64,000 nucleotides of DNA from NCBI GenBank assembly GCA_951406725.2, contig OX597823.1, positions 99,882,001 to 99,946,000 of the forward strand, in the 5' to 3' direction. Made by a program: the position numbers and the translations under genes. The notes below the pieces were generated by a model, which was not told the origin of the DNA, searched no databases, and worked only from the letters and a program-made list of their open reading frames with translations. The DNA is from Octopus vulgaris. Its lineage: Eukaryota. Shown piece by piece: positions 52,643 to 64,000 of this stretch. Numbering within the stretch: the stretch's first letter is position 1; every line of letters begins with the position of its first letter.

Positions 52643-54146
52643 GTAAGTAGGATTTTGGTCAAATTCTCTATGTAACTACTGTTGGGTTGGTAAACACAAG
52701 ATTATTAACTTTTATTTTCTCCATTTTTACAGTACTTGAAGCTGATTGCAAACCTAATATCAAATAAAAGATGAAGTTATTATTTTAATCGGTGTTTATC
52801 ATTTTAATGTTTCCTGTGTGAAATATTGAAATGTTAAATTATTTTGTTTTCCTTATTTTAAAGAAAACTAGGACATAGCTGTCCCCTGCAAATGAGTGTG
52901 ACTTTGTAACATGAACATTGTTTCAGATCCCTGTCTACTTCCAAGCAGACACAGATGCTCTCTGTACTTTCCATTCTCTCTTTTTTGTCAAACCTAACAG
53001 AATTTAGCTCCATTGCTACCTCAAATTTTATTTCTCTTGTGCCATTCCTGATGGCACAGACTTATGGTAAAGAATTCAGAGTTTAGTCCCTTTTCAGCCC
53101 TACTATGTGTTTTCACTACTCAGCATACCCAGGTCTCATGCATTGTCTACACACACACACATTTGTTATCACTTGAAATATTCTTGGGGCATATTCAAAC
53201 CTGTATGAAAGCCATTCACTAAAGAAGAAAAGGAAAAGTTCAAAGATGGAAAAGAAATCTCCAATGACACACACACATGTATCCATGTTTATATGTCTTT
53301 TCTGGCCATGTTTGTCCTCTCCCACCCCCACCCACTGTTTGACAACCAGTGTTCCTTTGTTTATGTCCCTGTACCTTGCAGTTCAAGTAAAAATGATCGA
53401 GTGACTTAAACACAGTCCTGGGGTTATTTTGTTCAATTAAGCCATTCGAGGTAGTGTCCCAGTATGGCCACAGACTAGTGAATGAAACAAGTAAAAGATA
53501 AAAGATAAGGTGTGTGTGTGTATAATATATGAATTATTTTCATTGAAGGTTTATTTCACTGTAGAAGTATGGTGGATATGAAGAGTTTAAATTTTTGCAA
53601 GTTTTACAACCACATAGTCTTTCTTTTATCAACTGTGATAAAAATGATTCTTTGTCAGATAAGGTAGCTCAGGAAAGTAACTTGACTTATTCTAGGCACA
53701 ATAAAGTGCCAATCAGAGATTAAGAGCTTTTCTAATAAAGGGAGCGCAGGCAAAGGGCCTTTTACATCTCTATGGCCTGTAATTAAATGGTATCTCTCTT
53801 CAGATAAAATTTCTTACATCATGTTGTTATTGATTTGATTGCTATTGGGTGACAGAAATACCTACAATACTAACAAATATTTTCTTGAGAATAATAATAA
53901 TAATAATTAAAAAAAAGAACAAACTGAGAGTCAGTAACCTCTTATAATTCCTCAAATTGTTTCTTAAAATTTCACATCATTTTCAGCCTCATTGCCAGAT
54001 TTTAAAACTGATATTATTGTCACTGCCATATTTTGTGAGGATAATTTTTTTATTGCAAAAGTAAATAGGTTTGTTAGGACTTTTCAGCTGGAATCCTTTC
54101 GTTTTTTGTTTTCACTCATTGTTTATTGTTCAACTTGTCTTTGCAG

Positions 54147-54282
54147 GGAAGTAGCAGCAACAGCAGCCCTTCATCAGGTATGACTGATGCTGATGTCCGT
54201 GCTATGAATGCTGCCAGGTATAACCTGCCATTGACCAGTCATATATTACCAAATACTTTACCATATTACCCATCACGCCATG
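54147..54282 (+). CDS. HDAC4: Class IIa HDAC exon G
   Basis: ttgcag|GGA...CAT G|gtaggt. Open frame GSSSNSSPSSGMTDADVRAMNAARYNLPLTSHILPNTLPYYPSRH. Phase 0 to 1 bridges exons F and H. Confidence 0.82.
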
Positions 54283-54852
54283 GTAGGTCACTGTTATTTT
54301 GAGGCTTAATCATCCTATTTACTTTCCAGCATCCAATTAATTGAAAGAAAATTATAGAAACCCATCATTTGATTGAATAAAAGTTATTTAACCCTCTTAT
54401 CTACTGCTGGTATTTTTCTCTTTTTGTGGTGGCCAAAGTGCAAATCCATTCGGTGACATGCAGAAGGCTTGCAGACAAGTCCCTCTACAAGACCCACATC
54501 ACAGGAGCCATACACAAAGGGCCAGTAAATTAAGCACCAAAGCGCCAGAAGTTGTTTCAAATCGGCATGGCAGTGGATCAAGAGTAGAGAGTCATTGGGT
54601 GGGGGTGCTAACTTGTTAGGGCTTTGAACAATTCTTGCTGGGTCACTTAAGTGAGGATGTCTAATTGTTGAAAACTCCAAAACATGTAATGGATGTAGGT
54701 AACATCATTGATGGTGAAACCAGGTGCTTTCAAGATAATGTACGTAAAAGTAACATGGTTTCATTTTCCATATTGAATATTGTAAACAGCAACAAGAAAA
54801 TAAAACAATGGAATAAAAAATTCAAAGAAAATTATTTTCCTTTTCTTTTAAG

Positions 54853-55018
54853 TTATTGATGGGGAATTTCCTCAAAACCAAGCCTTCATGCCTCAGATGA
54901 AAGCATTTGAAGAAGGCCGAACCGGAAAATTAACCTCTCCCCTTGTGAGTCCATACTCTATTCCAAGCTCTGTGAGTTCAGGTATTTCCGATGCCCAGGT
55001 CGCTCATGCTCGTCTAAG
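54853..55018 (+). CDS. HDAC4: Class IIa HDAC exon H
   Basis: ttcttttaag|TT...AG|gtaagt. (V)IDGEFPQNQAFMPQMKAFEEGRTGKLTSPLVSPYSIPSSVSSGISDAQVAHARL(R). The DAQVA motif resembles invertebrate HDAC4. Phase 1 to 2. Confidence 0.85.
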
Positions 55019-56674
55019 GTAAGTTAACAACTTGTTTTTGTTTTCTTTTAATCCATTTGGCTTGTCAATAATATTCTTTGTTGGCAAAAGATTATGGTGG
55101 TGGTGATGTTGGTACCAACATAGGCAGACCAAGCATTTTCACACTATTTGATTTCTGTAACCTCTTTTCAAACTTTACAATATTGAATTAATAATTCTTT
55201 TTTCATTTTTTTTTTCAATAACTCTATCACTTTTGCCTAAAATCCAGACTCCTGCCTCTTTCAATGCTATCCACAGGATTTGTAGTCGGATTGGCATATT
55301 TTTGTGATTGAAAATATATAAGGTTTATGTATGAATGAAACCTACATAAAAAATGTAAAAAGTTCGTTCTTCTCAGCCACCAAAGAACTAACTTTATTAT
55401 TTGTATCCTCCTCCTCCTCCTCATCATCATCATCATCCCATGAAAGATGACACTGCTTTTCATTCATCTCTTGATCACTAATATAAAATACCAGTAATAC
55501 ACTGTTATAAAATCAGTTGACAATTTATTTTTGATTTTTGCCAAATGAAAATTACTGCAGAGGCATTGCTGTGTGCTTTAGAAGTTTGCTTCCTAACTAC
55601 ATTGCTTAGGGTTCAATCTCATGGCATGGCACCTTGGGCAAGTATTTTCCACTGTAACCTCAGGTCAGCCAAAGCTTTGTGAATAAATTTGGTAAACAAA
55701 AGCTAAAGAAAAAGCCTGATGTGTGTATATGTATGTATGTGTGTGTGTTTGTGTTAATGTCTTCTCGTCTTAACATCACATAACAGTTGTAAACAAGTGC
55801 CACCCTCACACAAGTGGTGTCCTTCATTCCCAGTCCTGTCTTGAAAGTATGTCCTGCCAATACCAGCAAGCATTACCTCCCTTGGAAATAGGTTGGTGTT
55901 GGTGACTGGAAGGGCATCCATTCATTGGGAGTCTGACTCAGTAAATTCTATCTCACTCATGCAAACATGAAAAACTGGACATCAAAAAAACAGTGATGGT
56001 AGTGGTGGTGGTGGTGGTGGTGGTGGTGGTGGTGGGTGATAAGATCTTCACAAACAGATGCTTAAGTGTAGTTTCAATCATGAACTGATCTGCTTTAATT
56101 CTATAAAGCTAACTTTAACTCCAAAATTTTGTAAGCTCTCTCCCCCTCTCTCACTCTCTCTTTCTCTCTCCTCCCTCCTCCCTCTCTTAAGTGTGGAATA
56201 ATTTTAGTTGTGGAGTAATTTTAGTCATTCCTGGTCTGGGCAGTGAGTTGTGTTCTTGGGCAAGACATTTCATTTCATATTGCTCCAGTCCACTCTGCAA
56301 CAGTCTGTTGCAGAGTGGACTCATTCAAAGGGGATGTTGGGGCCTTAATCACTTACACACTTTAGAAACTGGGTGACTGGCCCTATGACTCCTAGGCCTT
56401 GAGACATTCATGTCCAAAGGTTGCTAGCTCATACTGTGCATGCAACCACGAGCTGCCATCTGTTGGTGCACTACAGAACTAGTCTGGGTACTTTTTGATA
56501 CCACTCTATGTCTATCCAGATCACTTGTTGAATCATGCTTTAGGCTTCTGTCTTTTCTGTTCAGTTCAAGTTGTGTTATGTCAATGGTGTGTCTGACATT
56601 AATATCGGTGCCATCCATTCATGGCACCAGCTAACTGCAAAATATGAAACATGTCTTGTTCTCGTTTTTCACAG

Positions 56675-56768
56675 ACATCGCCCACTCGGTCGGACCCAGT
56701 CTGCTCCACTTCCGCTTCAGCATCCTCTACTACAACAGCAACAACAACAACAGTCAATGTTTTTGCAG

Positions 56769-56802
<34 letters not shown>

Positions 56803-56852
56803 CTCATCACCAACAGCAGCAGCAAGAACAGAAAAAGATGTTCTTAAAACAG
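56675..56852 (+). CDS. HDAC4: Class IIa HDAC exon I (RTQSAP 14-3-3 site, Ser467-equivalent, plus polyQ)
   Basis: ttcacag|A CAT...CAG|gtgatt. (R)HRPLGRTQSAPLPLQHPLL-Q7-SMFL-Q12-PHH-Q5-EQKKMFLKQ. Phase 2 to 0. Confidence 0.96.
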
Positions 56853-57455
56853 GTGATTCTTAGGTTCATTTTAAAAAAGCAGGAGAGATTCTGCTTCTTG
56901 TAATTTTCAAATAAATGATTTGTTGAGACATTTATAGGAACTGTATTATTTCTAGATTACAGACACACGATACTTTACCAGTGTGGAACAACCTCTGTTG
57001 GAAATGTCCAGCAAATCTCACTCATCTCATACCCTGCCATCACGTAAAGTATGGAATGGGAAGGGTACATTATATAAATTTAGTCTAAAATATTGTTTGA
57101 CTGATTCAAAAATGGGATGGTCAGGTCAGGAATAGATCTTATCTTCTGGTCTGTTTGATCAGTGCTGATCTGGGATGAACTAACAACTGTGACTTCCATC
57201 TACTTAGCTGGAGATTTTGATGCCATTCCAAGTTTATTAGTAACAAGTATAAAGAAGGTTAACCATCCAATTGTAAAGATGCATTTCATTTGCTGCAGAA
57301 TTTCACTTGTAAAAATATTAAAACTTCATAAAGCCAGAGTAGCACAGAAGGAAATAAGAAATAAATCTTTAAAGGATTTGCAAATCATTGCTGCATCAGA
57401 AATTATGGAATTCATAATATTCACAATAATTAAAAAAAAAGGATAATAATATAAT

Positions 57456-57754
57456 CTTTCCTACTCTAGGCACAAGGCCCGAAATTTTTTTTTAGGGGAA
57501 GGGGGCCAGTCAATTAGATCGACACCAGTATGCAACTGGTACTTAATTTATCGACCCCAAAAGGATTAAAGGTAAAGTCAACCTTGGCAGAATTTGAACT
57601 CAGAACGTAAAGACGTTCTAAGTTCAAATCACACCAAGGTTGACTTAGCCTTTCATCCTTTTTGGGTCGATAAAGTACCAGTTGCATACTGGGGTTGATC
57701 TAATTGACTGCCCCCTCCCCAAGAATTTCAAGCCTTGTGCCTAGAGTAGAAAAG
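57456..57754. repeat. Fold-back pair of 5'-truncated SINEs, ~300 bp imperfect palindrome
   Basis: ...GAACTCAGAACGT-AAAG-ACGTTCTAAGTTC... at the centre. Arms are complementary out to CTACTCTAGGCACAAGGC / GCCTTGTGCCTAGAGTAG. Confidence 0.92.
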
Positions 57755-58044
57755 AAAAGAATATTGTAGGTTATTGTTCTCAACCGATTCCAATCAGCAT
57801 TGCTTGAGCTAACTTATGGTTAGATAGAAAAAGCTAAATATATATAGAATACCGAAAAAAGAATAGGAGTCTTTAGAGTCCATTAAATGACAACCTGAGC
57901 AATGTACTTCATACAGTTGAGTCCCGTTGCACACTGTGTCACATTCTTTCTAATATGTTGGTCTGTTCATATTTCATTCAATTTGGTTTTAGACAATTGC
58001 TTAACTGGTGGAACCACTCTGAAACTAAGCAAACTTCACCTTCT

Positions 58045-58465
58045 AATAATAATAATAATAATAATAATTGTGTACAGTGCTCAGGTGCACTACAACTCAT
58101 CTAAAGTGTATATATAATCAGGTGTAGTTTCGGCGGATTTCGGAAAGCATGAGGGCCTTAAAGGATGCAGTGTCATGGCAGTCAACAACTGACGCAGGCA
58201 GTTTATTCCATGCTTCAGCAACTCTGAGCGTGAAAAAATGTTTCCGAAAGTCATGGGAGCTGTGTTGTTTTCTGACTTTGTAGGCATGTCCACGTGTGTT
58301 AGACACATGGAGATCAAAAAGGTGTTCAGTGTTGTTGTTGGTGAGGCGGTTGATAACCTTGTGGGTGTTTACCAAGTCCGTCGCCAGACGCCGGAGCTTC
58401 AGTGAATCCATGCCCAGGGAAACAAGGCGCTCAGAATATGGTAGGTGTCTGATGGAGGGTATTCT
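58045..58465 (-). mobile_element. CR1-clade LINE 3' end
   Basis: YSERLVSLGMDSLKLRR...TRGHAYKV...RKHFFTLRVAEAWNKLPASVV...FK, then a short 3' UTR and (TTA)n tail. Confidence 0.9.
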
Positions 58466-59898
58466 AAATGTGAATAATTTATATTTGTTTAAATAGTCAT
58501 GCAGCTAATGTATAGGACAGACTGTTGGCACTCATAAATTGATTGTAGCTTTGGTGTGTCACTGAACACGGCATTTAATCCCATTTGTCTTAGATTACTT
58601 TAAAGAGAGATAGCAGCATCTTTCTAGAAAAGATGCTTATGAAAGAAGCATCCATCTTGTTTCATAGCACAGAGACTTGAGCTAAACACTGACTTTCAAA
58701 TCACATACATTTGTAATGGGACTACTTTATGTACATGAAAGCTTTACAAATTTTGTTTGTTCATTACCAACTGGATGACATTTCAACATTCACTTGTCCA
58801 CCATGATGGAAAGGAGGAAGTTGCTTATCAAAATATTTAATTTATGATTTTTTTCTTTCAGTAACTTCTGTTTCATGGTTATTTAAGGTTTTGTGTTTCC
58901 AAAATTAATATGTTGAAAGGCCTCAAATGTTATTTTATATTTGAATCACATTCTGTTTTTTTTTTTTTGATAATTTATTTGCTTTTTTCATTGATAGTGT
59001 TGTATTTTTGTTATGTATTTATATTTCTTATTTAGAAAAAAACAAATTGTTATGTATGTCCGTATGAATATTTGTATGTGAATTTGTTCATATTTATTGT
59101 GAAATTTGAAATAGGATTCCTTTTTTATATGTAATAGGTTTTCTCTTCTTTTTACAAACAAAACAAAAAAAGTAAAACAAAACCAAAAAAAAAAAGGATC
59201 TGCTTATTATTTTGTTTTGGTTTTCAAGAATTGTAAACTTCAAGCAGCAGATGTTATTACTGGCAGGCAGACATTCTCATACAACATTATTTAAATCTTC
59301 ATTTAATTATTTCAACAATGTGTGGCTTAAGCCATAATTGGTTTCATTTTTATTTTAATCATTAAGAAAGAAGGGAGGACATTCCTCCATATTCACATCA
59401 GAAGGGTGGTAGGAAGAGGAAAGTGGTTTAATTAGGGATCTTATAAATATTGTTTCTGTCTTCCATGATAGAAAGATAAGTTCGTTTAGTTTTAAAGAGC
59501 CAAAATCACTCCTATACATATGTTTGTTTGTGGATTGGCTCTTCAAATTTCTAAAATGTAAGAATGATTACAAATGGCAGGTGTCTTAAGTAATTTGAAG
59601 AGATGCGAATGATGTGGGAAAATCATAGATTAAGTTAGCTGAATCCATTTCTGCTGTTTTTAAATGGAATTTTCTGTAAAATTGATTAGTCCAATACTGA
59701 ATGTGTGTGTGTGTGTGTAGATATATATAGATATATACTTCTCGTATCTGAAATGTGCTTTAATATGTTAACAGTAAGTAGGAATCATATTATTCTATAA
59801 ACCTTCATTAATGGTAAGCAAGATTTATTTTCAATTATGTCTTTGGTGCAGACTACTATAACATTTCTTCACTTAAATTAAACATCTTCACAAGAAGC

Positions 59899-59957
<59 letters not shown>

Positions 59958-60042
59958 CAATTAAGGATAACTTCTTAATAAGGAATATTGTCCCTCTTAG
60001 TGTGAGGCATTTATGTGTAATAATGCCCTCTATACAATATAG

Positions 60043-60099
<57 letters not shown>

Positions 60100-62324
60100 A
60101 TAATGTCACAACCTTTAACATCCCCCTTCTTAACTTAAACATGACAACACATATTTCACTTTAAAGACTAATTATTGAAGCAAGTTGAGAATAAATGTGT
60201 AACAATAATGGAACTTAAGCATCAGTAATAATCCAGTTATTCCAAGTTGAGTAAATATCATCGAAGCTTAATAAGGAAGTGAGCTCGTTGGTCACCTGGA
60301 TAGGAAGACAAATGTCAAGGAAGACTACTTCACTTGTACATTTGTTTACATTTTTCAGATGCTTACTTAAATAAAGAACTGCTTGATACACAAATGTATT
60401 TGTGAGCATCTGTGCAAATATATATATATATAAATGTGTGTGTAGGTACATTTGTGTATGATGTGTATGTGTGTGTATATAATATTGTTTCATATGTGTT
60501 TGCTTTTTGTTTGGTGTTCTAGTTTGTGTGTTGATGTACCCCACTTGTTAGTTTTATATTTTGTTAGTGATTCCCATTCCTGCAGATGAACACTTGTAGT
60601 TGTGTTTTATTACCCTAGGTTCAGTTTTGTAGTATTCCTTGTCAACCCACCCACCCCTTCACTAGTACCTAGTAGTGTTCTTTGTTTTGTTTCTTTTTTG
60701 TTGTCAGTAAAGTTTTTCATGCATGAATCTGTTTTATTTTAATGTTTAAGTGTTATACAGATTATTTAAGAAATAGATTACAATATTCTAGTATTTCAGA
60801 AATATCTTAAATAAAAGAGAATAGGTAAGGGAGAAGTTCAGATAGATATGAAAACAAAATTACCACACACACACTCTAGAATAACTTGCCAATAGCAACA
60901 TATTTCAAAATTTTTTGATTATTTTCTTCTATTTGAAAAGGGGAACTTTTTCCAAAATATTATTAAATCATTAAGCAACCTATGTAAAGTAATACAATAT
61001 CTTTTCACTTTGTTTTCATTCATTCACATAACCTTACATATTTTGCCTAACACCCCACTAGCACTGCACATAGATTAAAAAAAAAAATTTTTAAGTATTT
61101 ATCTCATTTATTAAAATTTTTAATTTTCAGATATCTGGGTAATTGATTTTAGATGAACAATTGTTCACATATTAATAGAATTAGTAATAAGCAATATTTA
61201 GTAAAAACAGAAATTGTTAAAAACTTTTTGAAATCTTAAAATTGTTTGGTCTGAATCCAATTGAAGATCCTACTGGATATTTACCGTTTCCAAGTACTAA
61301 AAATAATTTGGTTTATTCTGTTTAAAATTTTTTCACATCAGTAGATCATCTTTCTTTATCTACAATTTTAATATTATTTTACGGGATGACAAGCACAAAA
61401 TATTGCTAACCAATATTATTTTTAGAGAGATTGCTTTTGTTATAGTTGTTTCTTTATCTTTTCGGCTGCCAACCAATTTCACTTCCCTATGTTCGAATGG
61501 AATTTCCCAGAAACATGTGATTTTCTGCAGAACATTTACTTCTGGGTATTGGACTGAAAGTAACTAAAAGCTAATGCTTAATGTATGTTTGTCATTAATA
61601 TACATCTTGTTTAGAAAATATGTTCTTGCCTAAAAGCAGAGTCAGGTTTCTTTTAGTTATGCAAAACTGAATAACATGTTTTTCCCTTTTCCTCCTTGTT
61701 ACATTCAAGTTTAATTCAAGTTCTTGATCTATTTTGAAATGGGAAGTGATATTAGACATACTTTCATAATGAAACCCCTACATGGTTAAAGGCTGGAACA
61801 ACAATTTTCAGTTTCAAATGACACCAGTAACCAATCTTTGTTTAATATAGTATTCAATTATGAAGTTACATCCTTTTTAGCTTCAATTCGAGCTATTAAT
61901 GCAATTTCCTTTTTCTAAGGGCTTAGGCCATTTCATAAAATTTTGTACCTGTTCTTAATCCCTTCTTGTTTATAATTTCTTGACCCCGAGTAGTTTTTAT
62001 TATGAAATTAGTTTGAGTCTCATTTGCTCATTAAACATTTAACCAAGTGAGCTGAATTCTTTGTCTTGATGAATAAATCAAGCCATATCTTCAACCTTGA
62101 TTAAATCATTCAAAAGACTACTTTGTTCTCGATGTTCCCCTCTGCTTTTGCAGTCTTACTTAAACTTTGTAATATCTGGTTGTTAAGAAAATGATATCCT
62201 TCAAAATTCACAATGATAATATGAAGCAATGTGGTTTAATGCTTTCCAAACTTCCAATTCTACTCCTCTGTCTCCAGTCTTTTTCCAATAACTTATTATT
62301 GATTTCTTTTATTTCTTTTGGCTT

Positions 62325-62452
62325 TAGGAAGGGCATCCAGCCGTAGAAACACTGCCAAATCTGACTGGGCCTGATGAAGCCTTCCAGCTTCACAGACCCC
62401 AGTTAAACCGTCCAACCCATGCTAGCATGGAAAGCGGACGCTAAATGATGAT
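62325..62452 (+). repeat. Isolated RTE/SINE 3' tail fragment (others at 575-635, 9135-9252, 12864-13035, 15150-15480)
   Basis: GGAAGGGCATCCAGCCGTAGAAAC...CCGTCCAACCCATGCTAGCATGGAAAGCGGACG.TAAATGATGAT is the reverse complement of the RTE end at 36511-36645. Confidence 0.8.
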
Positions 62453-63310
62453 TATTTTGATTTTTATTAGAAACTCTAAAGAACAGTGTTTGATTATGTC
62501 TTGAGAATTTCTTTAGCAAGAACAAAGCACTTTCTCTTTTCCTTCCATGTTCTTTTTCTGAAAGACAGAGTACCAAATCCTGCTCTGCAAACCTTCCAAT
62601 ACACTCCACTGTTTTTGGCTTCTTACTTTGAATAAGAGATTGGATACGAGCAATTTTTAGAAGAAGTCATATTTTCTGTGTGACTGGATTGAACTTTTAT
62701 TTTCAGTTCAGTTCATATTCACAGAAGATTTCATTTATACTTTGGATCCAGTTGTCCCCTATTGCAAATGAAAGGAATATGCCAAACGGCTAATTTTTGC
62801 CAAAAATGAAGTTGGAAGTCTTCAGCTTTTAGATGACAGTATATTGTTGGTATCTTATTGATTCCTGGAAGATTGAAAGGCAAGATTAAGATAAGTAGCA
62901 TTTAAACTCAAACCTGTGATGTATTTAACTAGAAATTATAAATCGCAAACAGTCCAATACATCCCTAACACATTATGATAACTTTACAACCTTGGGAATC
63001 TTGATGATTAATTATACAAATAAATTAAATTGATTTTGATTTTATTCTTCTGTTGGTGCATATGTGGTGGGGGTGTATGCAGTTGAATATGTCTTTGTTT
63101 GTGGACAGCGATTCTGTTGACAGTATATGTTAGGCTGTTTTGTTTGGTCTCTGCAAAGAACCACTTAGCAATTTGGGGCTTGGAATTAGGCACCTTAGTT
63201 TTAATATGTTAAATTCAATATGGCATTTTGCTTCTCTGCATAGTAGATTGTTGGTAGAAATAAAACTTAGATAAGTCATCTAAAGGTGTATCTTGTAGTG
63301 AATACAGCTA

Positions 63311-63527
63311 CAAGGGGTCGCTGGAAAGTTCCTAGCTTTGGGTAAAAGAAAATACAGGAGGATCAGTTAATTATGATTTCATTCAACATATTCCCCTCTT
63401 AGATTTACATACTTATTGCAGTGGTCCTTCAGTTTTTCTAAATCTTGTAAAAGAACTTGGAATGTTGGACCTCAAACCAGGTCTTTTGTGATACTCTTAA
63501 AGCCAGAAACTTTTCAGCACCCCCTTG
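63311..63527. mobile_element. Tc1/mariner-type MITE
   Basis: TA flanks. Imperfect ~29 bp TIRs CAAGGGGTCGCTGGAAAGTTCCTAGCTTT / AAAGCCAGAAACTTTTCAGCACCCCCTTG. A second copy lies at 31413-31629. Confidence 0.82.
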
Positions 63528-64000
63528 TATATGGCTTGCAATATAGGGGATTAAAACTTTTTAGAGGGGTAAAAGTCTGCATGTTATCTATGAGACCTAA
63601 ACAATGTTGGTGGTCTTCAGACTGTGTTCCATCCTGATAACTTTTGACCCAATATATTACAAGCTATAGTAGCTGTACCCTCTTCAAGATACACCAATAA
63701 ATGATTTAGTTGTATATTTCTCAAGACCTCTACATATATATTTCTAACTGTAAACAGATAGAATTGAACCGGCTTCTATGTTGGACTCTAGAAAAACTTA
63801 GGCCTTAGCAAAAACCTGCCATGTGTTGTTTACTTGATGTCTGTCTGTACACCTTCCTCTGTACATTTTGTGTGTCTGTGTTGACAACATTTCTAATTGG
63901 TTGTATCTCGTCAAGTCAGTGCTCATCAGTGTTTATTGTTGTACCTTTGGCCAAGACAGTTAGGTTTGTTTCATTTATTCTATTTTAATATATTTTTTAA

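Noticed and set aside
57050-64000. Next constitutive HDAC exon or catalytic domain
   Set aside because: No segment with recognisable HDAC homology. The gene presumably continues beyond the window.
1-64000. CRISPR arrays, operons or other prokaryotic systems
   Set aside because: The sequence is a eukaryotic intron-exon locus. Its repeats are microsatellites and transposons, with no repeat-spacer periodicity.

Overview
AT-rich, microsatellite- and SINE-dense animal genomic DNA. The repeat families suggest an octopus or other coleoid cephalopod (inference). The window lies inside one large + strand gene, a class IIa histone deacetylase (HDAC4/5/7/9-like). Nine GT-AG exons (4258-56852) splice with consistent phases into 1182 nt (394 codons) of the N-terminal regulatory region: Q-rich coil, MEF2-binding motif, the 14-3-3 sites RKTASEP and RTQSAP, the TSPSMP motif, an NLS-like stretch and a polyQ. 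The start codon and the deacetylase domain lie outside the window. The introns hold RTE and CR1 LINE fragments, two ~1.1 kb piggyBac deletion derivatives, several MITEs and many tRNA-derived SINEs. The best leads are: (1) candidate frame-preserving micro/cassette exons, one with recursive-splice-site architecture, that would insert into the middle of the RKTASEP 14-3-3 motif; (2) a tRNA-headed repeat carrying a Penelope-type hammerhead ribozyme remnant; (3) a PHD-like finger inserted within an RTE reverse transcriptase; (4) a potential composite piggyBac enclosing an exon; (5) several long fold-back dsRNA structures. All were read by eye with no database search, so alternative-exon calls are hypotheses.
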